Part shown: one piece after another, positions 1 through 8,758 of the stretch
Position numbering within the stretch: the first letter of the stretch is position 1
Layout: every line of letters begins with the position of its first letter
Made by a program: the position numbers and the translations under genes
Assembly: GCA_044070495.1 (NCBI GenBank)
Contig: JBIPSI010000042.1
Coordinates: 1-39,158 of the forward strand
Source: Spirulina sp.
GTDB lineage: Bacteria; Cyanobacteriota; Cyanobacteriia; Phormidesmidales; Phormidesmidaceae
DNA: 39,158 nucleotides
Reading direction: 5' to 3'
The notes under the pieces: model-generated
The model's database searches: none
What the model was told of the DNA's origin: nothing
The model's input: only the letters and a program-made list of their open reading frames with translations

Positions 1-80
1 TACTGCACAATCTGGTTATCATGCAGACGACGAGTCCCATTCTTGACAACGGTTTCGCTCTGGCAGTGGGGGCAACGCAT
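1..80 (-). CDS. Transposase N-terminus (InsA-like zinc ribbon), partial
   Basis: Manual translation from ATG at 80: MRCPHCQSETVVKNGTRRLHDNQIVQ..., the CPxC...VVKNG pattern of cyanobacterial IS1-type transposases. Runs off the window. Confidence 0.75.
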   Translation of the reverse strand, partial: MRCPHCQSETVVKNGTRRLHDNQIVQ

Positions 81-137
81 AGGCCAATGACGCTCTACGC
101 CTACATTCTAGCCGTCATCCTTTAACTGACCAGTGCC
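1..137 (-). mobile_element. End of an insertion sequence (IS1/IS6-like), truncated by the window edge
   Basis: Minus strand begins GGCACTGGTCAGTTAAAGGATGACGG at 137, a GG-starting terminal-repeat-like sequence, 57 nt before a zinc-ribbon transposase start. Family not resolved. Confidence 0.65.
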
Positions 138-205
138 TAGAAAGGATGAGAAAAGGTTCTCTTTTTAAGGGAATTTGGGAGGATACCTACTTTGGCTACA
201 CATCA

Positions 206-310
206 TACAGCGTTTCTTGATCCGATGAGGTATAGTACAAGACCTGAAACCCTTGCTACGTAGGGATCTCAAATCTGAATTTGTACATCACTTACCCAGG
301 AACCGCTGTA
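206..310. mobile_element. MITE-like element with imperfect ~29-bp terminal inverted repeats
   Basis: Left end TACAGCGTTTCTTGATCCGATGAGGTATA versus reverse complement of right end TACAGCGGTTCCTGGGTAAGTGATGTACA. TA at both termini; no ORF. Confidence 0.6.
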
Positions 311-529
311 GGACTCTTTAAATATTCTCTTATATACCCACAATTATCCACGATCTAGCCTGCATAGACAGTGCTATGCCAACACATCCTAGGGTGTTTG
401 ACAATCAATTTCTCCCATTGACCTAGCTAGCCGATCCCCTTCCCTATGGGCAAGCAGCGGAATGATAGCCAAGGGGAGGATGACCAAATTTAGAGCTAAG
501 GCGGGGGGACAGGTTAAAGGTAAGACCCC

Positions 530-628
530 GTAGGGTGGGTTAGCGTGGGTATAGCCATGCCGAAGGTATAGCGTAACCCATGCTGGCCAAGGCTTTGATG
601 CGTTACAGCTACGCCTAACCCATCCTAC
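530..628. repeat. GTAG-type REP doublet (REPIN-like)
   Basis: GTAGGGTGGGTTAGCG...CGTAACCCA followed by an inverted copy TGCGTTAC...CGCCTAACCCATCCTAC, just downstream of the sigC stop. Confidence 0.75.
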
Positions 629-647
629 TTGAGATTCCGCCGACCAA

Positions 648-2060
648 TTAGCCGAGGGCTTCGAGGTAGTCACGGATGCGGTTGCGGCGCTTGGGTTGGC
701 GCAGTTTTTGCAGGGCCTTGGATTCGATCTGGCGCACCCGTTCGCGGGAGAGCTCCAGGGCGCGGCCAATTTCCGCCAGGGAGTAGGGGGTACCATCGGT
801 GAGGCCAAAGCGCATGGTGATCACATCCTGTTCGCGGGTGGTGAGGTCGGCCATGAGCTGTTGCAGGTCGCGCCGGAGGGATTCGCGAATCAGCAGATCC
901 TCCGGCGATAGACCTTCGGTTTCTAGCAGATCACCTAATTCCGTATCGCGGTCTTTGCCCACCTTGGTTTCTAGGGAAACGGAGCGCGGCACCCGCAGCA
1001 GCACCTCGCGCACCTGCGGCCCGGTCATGTCCAGTTCCTTGGCAATGTCGTCTACGGTGGGGGTGCGGCCATTTTCCTGGGCCAGTTTGCGCTGGGCTTT
1101 TTTAATTTTGTTGAGCTTTTCGGTGATGTGGACGGGCAGGCGAATGGTGCGGCTTTGGGTGGCGATGGCGCGGGTAATGCCCTGGCGAATCCACCAGTAG
1201 GCGTAGGTGCTGAAGCGGTAGCCCTTGGTGGGGTCGAATTTTTCCACCGCCCGCTCTAGGCCGAGGGTGCCTTCTTGGATCAGATCCAGCAGTTCCAGCC
1301 CTCGGTTTTGGTACTTTTTGGCCACGGAAACCACCAGGCGCAGGTTGGCCTTAATCATGTGTTCCTTGGCCCGGATGCCCTCGGCAATCACCTTTTCCAG
1401 TTCGGGAACCGTTAGGTCGCTGAGGTCTGCCCAGGCCCGTTTGCCCGCCGCCAGGGTGGGCTTCAGTTCGGCGATGGGCACTTGGGCTTCCGTGGCCCAG
1501 CGCTCTAGGGAAGGCCGATAGCCCAACTGCGACGAGAGCCGATCCCGCGTTTGCAGCAGGGTGTGGTAGGTACTGAGAATGCCACCCTCTACCTTGGCCG
1601 CCTGTTCCAGGGCTTGCAGCCGTTGCATATAGTTTTGAACGCACTGGGCCTCGGAAACTTCCTCATCCTTGGCCAGCAGCTTTACCCGGCCAATTTCCTG
1701 TAAATACAGGCGAACCAGGTCGGTCGTTCGACGGTTTTTCAGTAGAGCCGCCGCGTCGGCCTCAAAGTCATCGGTGGCCAGATCCTCAACCTCAGCGGGA
1801 TCCACATCAGCAGGGAGCATATCCGATTTGACGGTGTCCATCGCGGCGTCCTCAAGATTTAGGGCATCATCATCGGTAGCTTCATCATCCAGGGCCTTGT
1901 AGGTTGGCCCGTCGGAGTCAATCGCTTCGGCCTCAGTCGCCGGATCTGCGGTCTCCAGCAGATCGGCCTCCATGGCGTTCCCCCGTTCTAAAGACAGGGC
2001 CAACTTGCGGGTGGTCCGCTGGGCATCGTCGTCTCGGCTATAGCGCGGTGTTGCTACCAT
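648..2060 (-). CDS. sigC: Group 2 RNA polymerase sigma factor SigC
   Basis: Region 1.2 TTDLVRLYLQEIGRV, long non-conserved insert, region 2 ANLRLVVSVAKKY...FSTYAYWWIRQGITRAIA, region 4 SRERVRQIE. Start set at MVATPRY (2060) rather than 2093. Confidence 0.88.
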   Translation of the reverse strand: MVATPRYSRDDDAQRTTRKLALSLERGNAMEADLLETADPATEAEAIDSDGPTYKALDDEATDDDALNLEDAAMDTVKSDMLPADVDPAEVEDLATDDFEADAAALLKNRRTTDLVRLYLQEIGRVKLLAKDEEVSEAQCVQNYMQRLQALEQAAKVEGGILSTYHTLLQTRDRLSSQLGYRPSLERWATEAQVPIAELKPTLAAGKRAWADLSDLTVPELEKVIAEGIRAKEHMIKANLRLVVSVAKKYQNRGLELLDLIQEGTLGLERAVEKFDPTKGYRFSTYAYWWIRQGITRAIATQSRTIRLPVHITEKLNKIKKAQRKLAQENGRTPTVDDIAKELDMTGPQVREVLLRVPRSVSLETKVGKDRDTELGDLLETEGLSPEDLLIRESLRRDLQQLMADLTTREQDVITMRFGLTDGTPYSLAEIGRALELSRERVRQIESKALQKLRQPKRRNRIRDYLEALG

Positions 2061-2459
2061 GACACTCTCGAATAACGCGTACAGATGGGCCATCAGTTGG
2101 CGATGTTGTTAGTGTTCCCCACTGGCATATTTTTACAAACAGTGTTAAGCAAACCAGTCACAAACTTGTCACTAGCCAGCCACCAGCGGAGAAATCTGGC
2201 CTGCATCGGGGCTGCGACAGGCTACATCGCCCCCAGCCCAGGGTAGGCCGGGTAATTTCACTGACAAATTAATCTACGCAAAGGTTGCCGCCTATTCCTG
2301 ACGGAACGTTACACCTTGGCCAAAACCTCACATTAGTTAGGCCAATCCCGATTAGGATGTGAGCATTCGCTGGCCTCAGGGAATCGGGGGCAATGACCTG
2401 GATCCCAATGGCCCATCGTTTTACCCTTGCCCCTTGCTATCGTTGATCCCCGTCCGCCC

Positions 2460-2630
2460 ATGTCAGATACTCCCGCTTGGACACCAGAGGCCCAGGCCAA
2501 ACTCAAAAACATTCCCTTTTTTGTTCGCGCCCAGGCCCGCAAACGTATTGAAGACGTGGCCCGCGAACAAGACGCCGACGCCATTACGGCGGAAATTGTC
2601 GAGCAGGTGCGCCTAGAATTCGGGCAATAA
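2460..2630 (+). CDS. Small PCP_red-family protein (stand-alone ChlB C-terminal-like domain)
   Basis: [25 protein letters not shown] matches the WxxEAxxxLxxIPFFVR motif; ATG at 2460. Confidence 0.85.
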   Translation: MSDTPAWTPEAQAKLKNIPFFVRAQARKRIEDVAREQDADAITAEIVEQVRLEFGQ

Positions 2631-2650
2631 TTCTGTAATTTCAAAGATCC

Positions 2651-2678
2651 GTAGGGTGCCTTCGCCCCGCAATGCACC
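2651..2678 (+). repeat. Single GTAG-type REP palindrome between convergent genes
   Basis: GTAG-GGTGC-CTTCGCCCCGCAAT-GCACC. Confidence 0.5.
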
Positions 2679-2689
2679 ACCCAAGAACT

Positions 2690-3886
2690 CTACCGAGAGA
2701 TCCCCCCCAACACCTGGCCATAGGCCGCGAGGGTTTGTTGGGCAATGGCATCCCATCGGTAGTGAGATTGGGCGTAGGCCTGGGCTTGTCGGCCACGATG
2801 TTGGCGCTGGTCTAGGTTGTCGATGCTTTCTTTTAGGACGGCAGCTAGGGACTCAACCGATAAATCGCAGACCCAGCCCGCCTTGCCTGCCATAATGTCG
2901 GGCCAAATGTAAACGCCCTTAGAAATCACCACAGGCAAACCCGCCAGCATCGCTTCGGCCACGGCAATGCCGAAGTTCTCGTAGTAAGACGGCAACACAA
3001 ACAGATCCGCTGCTTGTAGAAGCGCCTGCTTTTGGGCACCGCGCACAAACCCGGTCATCGTCGTGCGTTCGGCCAACCCTAGGGCTTGGATCTGTTGCTC
3101 AACGGCCTGTTTATAGGCCGGATCCTGGGGGTTATCTCCCGCCAGCACCAGGTGAAAGGGGATCTCTGCCTGGGCCACCTGGGCTAGGGCCGGAATCAAC
3201 ACATCCAGCCCCTTTTTAGGGTCTAACCGCGATAAAAACAGCACTAGGGGCCGATCCTTCGGTACTTGCAGCGTAGCAAGGATCTGATCCTGCTCTGCCG
3301 CTGACACCGGGGGCTGGGGATCCACACCCAGGGGAATCACCCAGTCCGTGGTGGCTACCCCAAAGCGATGGGAGATTTCCGCCTCTAGGGGACTAGTGAA
3401 ATGAATAGCGGCAGCCCCGGCTAAGTTAGGCCGTTCTAGGATCTGACCATAGATCTGTTTCAGACGCTTTTTCTTGGCCAGGTCGGCGGGGTCGAGGGTG
3501 CCCAGGGGGCGCAGCACGTAGGGCAATTTTCTTTGACGGACAACGGTGGCGGCGGCGGTGCTGATGGGGGAAAACAGGGCGTGGATATGGGCAATATCGT
3601 AGTCCTGGGCGTTCTGGGACAGCCACCGCAGCAGATCCACCGAAAACTTGTAGCGCCGAAAGGGGGAACAGCGAAAATAGCGCACCCTATAGCCGTCCTG
3701 TTCGACGGGCTGATTCAGCGGCACCGCTAGGGGAGCCTGCCCCGTGTCGCCGTTACTATCGGTGGTGAGCACAGTGACGTCTGCCCCAGCCTGGGCAAGG
3801 GCCTGGGAAAAACCACGCACCATCTGACTCGGCCCACCATAGACGAGGGAAATGGAGGGAACGATTTGGAGGACGCGGAGGGGCAT
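2690..3886 (-). CDS. hpsP: GT4 glycosyltransferase, hormogonium polysaccharide HpsP-like
   Basis: N-terminus RVLQIVPSISLVYGGPSQMV; GT-B motifs LSRLDPKKG and PSYYENFGIAVAEAM. Confidence 0.85.
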   Translation of the reverse strand: MPLRVLQIVPSISLVYGGPSQMVRGFSQALAQAGADVTVLTTDSNGDTGQAPLAVPLNQPVEQDGYRVRYFRCSPFRRYKFSVDLLRWLSQNAQDYDIAHIHALFSPISTAAATVVRQRKLPYVLRPLGTLDPADLAKKKRLKQIYGQILERPNLAGAAAIHFTSPLEAEISHRFGVATTDWVIPLGVDPQPPVSAAEQDQILATLQVPKDRPLVLFLSRLDPKKGLDVLIPALAQVAQAEIPFHLVLAGDNPQDPAYKQAVEQQIQALGLAERTTMTGFVRGAQKQALLQAADLFVLPSYYENFGIAVAEAMLAGLPVVISKGVYIWPDIMAGKAGWVCDLSVESLAAVLKESIDNLDQRQHRGRQAQAYAQSHYRWDAIAQQTLAAYGQVLGGISR

Positions 3887-3890
3887 GGGG

Positions 3891-3922
3891 TTGGTTGTTG
3901 GTTATTGGTTGTTGGTTATTGG
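3891..3922 (+). repeat. Heptamer short tandem repeat (STRR-like)
   Basis: TTGGTTG/TTGGTTA units, about 4.5 copies, in the hpsP-aminotransferase spacer. Confidence 0.7.
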
Positions 3923-4102
3923 GGGGGGAGTCGGGGGGATTGGAGAAGGGGAATGGGGGGCGGCGGGCTGGAGGAGGAACCCAACCATCCTTAGGAGACT
4001 CGGAAGAATCCTACGATTGCCCTGGGATGTTGGTAAGCTGATAATTCACATTTTTTGTGATTACCGACGTTAGTTATTGCAGAAGCGCAATTGGTGGCAG
4101 GC

Positions 4103-5251
4103 ATGGACAACAAACTAATGCTGATGATTCCGGGGCCAACCCCCATCCCCGAACAGGTGCTTTTGGCCATGGCCAAGCATCCCATGGGGCACCGCAGCGG
4201 CGAATTTAGCGCCATCATGGCCGAGGTGACGGAAAACCTCAAGTGGCTGCACCAAACCCAGAATGATGTGTTGATTCTAGCCTCCAGCGGCACCGGAGCC
4301 ATGGAAGCAGGCATCATCAATTTCCTGAGCCAGGGCGATAAGGTGCTGGTGGGCAACAACGGCAAGTTTGGCGAACGCTGGGGAAAGGTAGCCCGCGCCT
4401 ACGGGTTAGATACTCAGGAAATCACCGCTGAATGGGGCAAGCCCTTGAACCCCGATGACTTCAAGGCCGCCCTAGACGCCGACACCGACAAGCAGATCAA
4501 GGCGGTCATCATCACCCACAGCGAAACCTCCACCGGGGTTCTTAACGACCTAGAGACCATCAACCGCTATGTCAAGGCCCACGGGGCGCTGATTATTGTG
4601 GATGCCGTCACCAGCCTGGGGGCTTGCTCGGTGCCCGTGGATGAATGGGGTCTGGATGTGGTGGCTTCTGGTTCCCAAAAGGGCTACATGATTCCGCCCG
4701 GTTTGGCTTTTGTCAGCGTGAGCGCCAAGGCTTGGACGGCCTACGAAACCGCCACCCTGCCCAAGTTCTATCTCGACCTTGGCCCCTACCGTAAAAATGC
4801 CGCCAAGAACACCACCCCCTTCACGCCGCCCATTAACCTCTTCTTTGCCCTGCAAGCGGCCCTGCAAATGATGAAGAATGAAGGCCTAGAGGCGATCTTT
4901 GCCCGCCATGACCGCCAAAAGCGGGCCACCCGTGACGCCATGAAAGCCCTCAACCTGCCCCTCTACGGCGGCGACGACTGCGCCAGCCCCGCCATCACCG
5001 CCGTCATGCCCCAGGGGGTGGATGCCGAGAAAATTCGCTCGGTGATGAAGAAGCAGTTTGACATTGCCCTCGCCGGTGGCCAAGACCATCTCAAGGGGCA
5101 GATCTTCCGTGTCGGACACCTAGGCTTTGTGTGCGACCGCGATATTCTTACCGCCGTCGCCGCCCTAGAAGCCACCCTTAGCCACCTGGGCTACAGCGAA
5201 TTTACCCCTGGGGCTGGGGTTGCCGCTGCGGGGAAAACGCTCCTGGCCTAG
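4103..5251 (+). CDS. Class V PLP aminotransferase (alanine/serine-glyoxylate aminotransferase; 'soluble hydrogenase 42 kDa subunit' family)
   Basis: LMIPGPTP, SETSTG, VDAVTSLG and the PLP lysine motif GSQKGYMIPPG. Confidence 0.92.
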   Translation: MDNKLMLMIPGPTPIPEQVLLAMAKHPMGHRSGEFSAIMAEVTENLKWLHQTQNDVLILASSGTGAMEAGIINFLSQGDKVLVGNNGKFGERWGKVARAYGLDTQEITAEWGKPLNPDDFKAALDADTDKQIKAVIITHSETSTGVLNDLETINRYVKAHGALIIVDAVTSLGACSVPVDEWGLDVVASGSQKGYMIPPGLAFVSVSAKAWTAYETATLPKFYLDLGPYRKNAAKNTTPFTPPINLFFALQAALQMMKNEGLEAIFARHDRQKRATRDAMKALNLPLYGGDDCASPAITAVMPQGVDAEKIRSVMKKQFDIALAGGQDHLKGQIFRVGHLGFVCDRDILTAVAALEATLSHLGYSEFTPGAGVAAAGKTLLA

Positions 5252-5435
5252 GTCTTTTGCGGATGGCCTGATCCTCAATCCGGGTTGGTTGCCCCCAGGT
5301 TGGTAGGGCGGAAAAGCCTTGCCACTACCTGGTTCTGAGGTGGAACGTTGGGGGCCAGGATCAGGCCATTCCACCTCTACTTCCGAGCCTGCCAACCAGC
5401 AACCTTTTGAGCGGTTGCAGATTAGCGGTTGCAGA

Positions 5436-6830
5436 CTAAAGACAGCCGTGATTCCCTGGGTTATCGTTGCCTAACGATGGCCTAGGGGAATTGGCCAGTA
5501 GAGACAAAACTTCCTCGACTGGCATCGGCTTACTAAAAAGATAGCCCTGACCAATGTCGCATCCCATTTCCTGGAGAATCTGGCGATGCTCCTCGGTTTC
5601 AATGCCCTCAGCGATGGTGGGCAGACCGAGCTTTTTCGCAATGTCGATAATCGAGCTCACCAGAATTTTGGCTCGGTTACTGGTGCAAATTTTTTGAATA
5701 AAGGACTGATCAATTTTGAGACTATCAATTTCGCAGCGTTCTAGGTAGCTTAGGCTAGAGTAGCCGGTACCAAAATCATCTAAGGCTACCTCGAAGCCCG
5801 CTGCTCGGCAGGTATCGATGGCTTGAACGGCATCGGCATGGTCGAGAAAAATACGCTCGGTCACCTCCAGCTTGATGTGTTTTGGCAACACCTGGTAGCG
5901 CTCGGTCAGGGCTAAGAGCTTGTCGCAAAAATCTGGTTCCTGAAACTGCCGCACCGAGATATTGATGCTCATAAATAAATGACTCGGCTCGGTCTGTCCT
6001 ACCTGCCAGAGGGCTTGAAAATGCTTTAGATCAATGCAAGCTTGCTCTAGAATCCAGTCGCCAATGGGCACAATCAACGACGTTTCCTCAGCCAAGGAGA
6101 TAAACTGCTGGGGTGATACCATGCCCCGATCTGGGCATTGCCAGCGCAGCAAAGACTCAAACCCAACGATGCCGTTATCGCAGATAGAGAATAGGGGCTG
6201 ATAGTAGGGCTGGAGTTCGTCGTTGCGAACCGCCTTTTGCAGGTCAGACTCTAGCTTAATTTCCTCGACAATTTTGCGATGCTGGGGGTTTTTGGCGTAG
6301 GCTTTCGCGGTCACGGCGAGGTTGGGCAGCACCACATGGGAAGAATTCAGCAGCGCCTTGAAGTAATTGTTGTAGGCGCGGTTGCGGTGGAGTGAAATGG
6401 AGATCAACAGCCTTACCAGAGGGCTGGAAGCCTCAATGCGTTCCGCAATTTGGGTGCCTGAAATGGTGATACAGCGACAGGGGCACACTGCCCGTGCCGA
6501 GGCGGAACGGGGAAAATTATCAATCAGCCCCATTTCACCAAAAATATCTCCGGATCCCAGCACACTCAGCTGTACCGCATCGTCCCCCGATCCCACAAAA
6601 ATTTCCACTAAGCCTGTTTCAATGATGTAGGCCGTATCGGAACGACTACCCTCCGTAAAAATGGTTTCTCCTTCCCGAAAAAAACGAACATTACAACCGG
6701 GGGAGGGCAGGTGTTCGGCGACCATTGGGGTAGGGCGGGCGGCGACCGGAATGTCGGACTCTGGTTCAGACGACTGCAATTGGGAGAGGGAATCGATGAC
6801 TTGCACACGCTGGCTAGAACACTCTGACAT
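5436..6830 (-). CDS. cNMP-binding domain plus EAL c-di-GMP phosphodiesterase
   Basis: N-terminal FREGETIFTEG...FGEMGLIDNFPRSASARA; EAL motifs YQP, GFESLLRW, KLEVTE, LDDFGTGYSSL, LKIDQSF, AEGIE, QGYLFSKP. Start uncertain. Confidence 0.9.
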   Translation of the reverse strand: MSECSSQRVQVIDSLSQLQSSEPESDIPVAARPTPMVAEHLPSPGCNVRFFREGETIFTEGSRSDTAYIIETGLVEIFVGSGDDAVQLSVLGSGDIFGEMGLIDNFPRSASARAVCPCRCITISGTQIAERIEASSPLVRLLISISLHRNRAYNNYFKALLNSSHVVLPNLAVTAKAYAKNPQHRKIVEEIKLESDLQKAVRNDELQPYYQPLFSICDNGIVGFESLLRWQCPDRGMVSPQQFISLAEETSLIVPIGDWILEQACIDLKHFQALWQVGQTEPSHLFMSINISVRQFQEPDFCDKLLALTERYQVLPKHIKLEVTERIFLDHADAVQAIDTCRAAGFEVALDDFGTGYSSLSYLERCEIDSLKIDQSFIQKICTSNRAKILVSSIIDIAKKLGLPTIAEGIETEEHRQILQEMGCDIGQGYLFSKPMPVEEVLSLLANSPRPSLGNDNPGNHGCL

Positions 6831-7244
6831 GGCAACTCGGTGGCTAGGGTAAACCTGGGTTCCAAGGGATCGTAAACCAAGGGCCTGGGAACTAAGGATT
6901 CGTTAACCAATATCTGGTTAACCACGGCGGGCTAGCCTAGAGAACATCTCACCCACCCGCCAACGCCTTGGCCTAGAAAGTTTCTAGGGGAGACGAGGTG
7001 AACAACGCCACGCGCCGATTAGCGCGAATTGGCGATGGATCGCTTGCCGCCTATCGCTTGCCGCCTATGACTACTGTAATCAATGACTGTGGCTAAGACG
7101 TTAATGTTCTTGTATTTTAGCGCGAACAGAAGCTGGCCATTCAACAAAGCCCAAAGCCGACAGGGAACTAGGGGCACTTTGAATGAGGATGATGGTGGAA
7201 CCCAGCTATGCCCCACCGAGAACCGTCAAGCTTGGGCAAGGAAA

Positions 7245-7601
7245 TTAATCTTCAAAATCGAAGCCATCGGAGCCCAGGAATGACCCAGAAACTGTGTGTT
7301 CCAGTTCCATGCGCTGTTCCATCTGTCTCAGAAAGTAGCCGGTCATCATGGCGGAGGCCAGCAGCCCGGCTAGATTATCTCGGTCGGTGGTGACCTGTAC
7401 GTTAAAGCCATCACCGGGGAGGACGCCCACCAGCCCCTGGACATTTTGGGCAATAATTTGCTTGATTTCACCACTGACGGACTGGGCCACACGGGTCAGC
7501 ACTTCGGGAGGCTGGTGCTGGAGATACTTCAGTAACTCATTGGAATGGTCACTGTCCGTGGACATGCCGATAAATTCAGCGTCTTCAGGGTTAAATGCCA
7601 T
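7245..7601 (-). CDS. DUF760 family protein
   Basis: LLKYLQHQPPEVL...NLAGLLASAMMTGYFLRQMEQRMELE signature. Confidence 0.88.
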   Translation of the reverse strand: MAFNPEDAEFIGMSTDSDHSNELLKYLQHQPPEVLTRVAQSVSGEIKQIIAQNVQGLVGVLPGDGFNVQVTTDRDNLAGLLASAMMTGYFLRQMEQRMELEHTVSGSFLGSDGFDFED

Positions 7602-7811
7602 AGAAACTTAAAGACCTCTGGTCACAACGCAGGCTTAGGGAAGGTCAGTTTGAATTGATACTTAGAATACCTAACATAACCTTAGCGTTCCCATTCCCCA
7701 GGGGATACCTATCAATATTCCCGATGATAGCGTAACGAATCATGAAATTGGGCGACCGACCGCAAATGCCTTCGTTGGGCCATAGACGATCCTCGCTGCC
7801 CAATGCGCCCC

Positions 7812-8633
7812 TTAACCCCGCTGAATGTAGTGGCGCAGCTCGGTGTACATCGTGTGAAAATCGTCGGTGAAGCAGAGGTCGAGGGTGCGGGGACGGGGCA
7901 GGTTCACGGAGACTCGGTGAACAATGGTGCTAGGACGGGCACCGAGGACGTAGATGGTGTCGGACAGGAACAGCGCCTCCCGCAGATCGTGGGTCACCAG
8001 CAGGGCCGTACATCCGGTTTGCTGCCATAGATCCTGCAACAGACTCCACATTTCTTCACGGGTAAAGGCATCGAGGGCAGCAAAGGGTTCATCAAGCAAC
8101 AAAATTTCCGGGCGATGAATTAAGGCCCGACAGAGGGAGGCCCGTTGCCGCATCCCCCCCGATAGCTGCCAGGGATAGTGGCCTTGGAAGGCCTGAAGCC
8201 CCACGGTGGACAGCAGTTTTTCGGCAGCCTGGGTGTATTGGTCGCGGTTTTGGCGAAATTTGCGTTTGTGGGGCTGTACCACCTCTAGGGGCAACAGCAC
8301 ATTGTCGAGGGTGCTGCGCCAGGGCAGCAGCACAGGGTTTTGGAAGGCGATGCCAATATTTTTGAGGGGGCCTGTGATGGGCTGACCATGGAAGTAAACG
8401 GCTCCTTCCTGGGCGGGGCTGAGCCCCGAAACCATCCGCAGCAGGGTGGTTTTGCCGCAACCCGATGGCCCCACTAGGGAAACAAATTCCCCCGCTGCCA
8501 CCTGAAAGGAAACCTCGTCGATCACCGTTAGGGGGGCACCTTGGCCGTGGTAGGTGAGGCGAATATCGCGGAAGTCGAGGGCGGCGGGAATGGGCTGGGC
8601 CGTGGCAGAGGCCACCGGGCTCACATCAACCAT
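7812..8633 (-). CDS. ABC transporter ATP-binding protein, NitT/TauT type
   Basis: Walker A GPSGCGKTT, LLPWRS, signature YPWQLSGGMRQR, Walker B LLLDEPFAALD, H-loop VTHD. Confidence 0.9.
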   Translation of the reverse strand: MVDVSPVASATAQPIPAALDFRDIRLTYHGQGAPLTVIDEVSFQVAAGEFVSLVGPSGCGKTTLLRMVSGLSPAQEGAVYFHGQPITGPLKNIGIAFQNPVLLPWRSTLDNVLLPLEVVQPHKRKFRQNRDQYTQAAEKLLSTVGLQAFQGHYPWQLSGGMRQRASLCRALIHRPEILLLDEPFAALDAFTREEMWSLLQDLWQQTGCTALLVTHDLREALFLSDTIYVLGARPSTIVHRVSVNLPRPRTLDLCFTDDFHTMYTELRHYIQRG

Positions 8634-8758
8634 GACAGTGACGGGGAATAACGGGTTAAAGATACTTCTAGACGCTACCGATCTCACCGACTACAAAGTG
8701 TGTTTCGGAATACTAATTCCCAGGGTTTTAAGCCCCTCTGACCTTCAGCCTGGGATTC

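Noticed and set aside
389..808. 139-aa minus-strand ORF downstream of sigC
   Set aside because: It overlaps the sigC 3' end and runs through the REP doublet; no protein-like features.
4046..4060. TCACA-TTTTT-TGTGA palindrome as a CRP site
   Set aside because: Half-sites are in reverse order with a 5-nt spacer relative to TGTGA-N6-TCACA; no other support.
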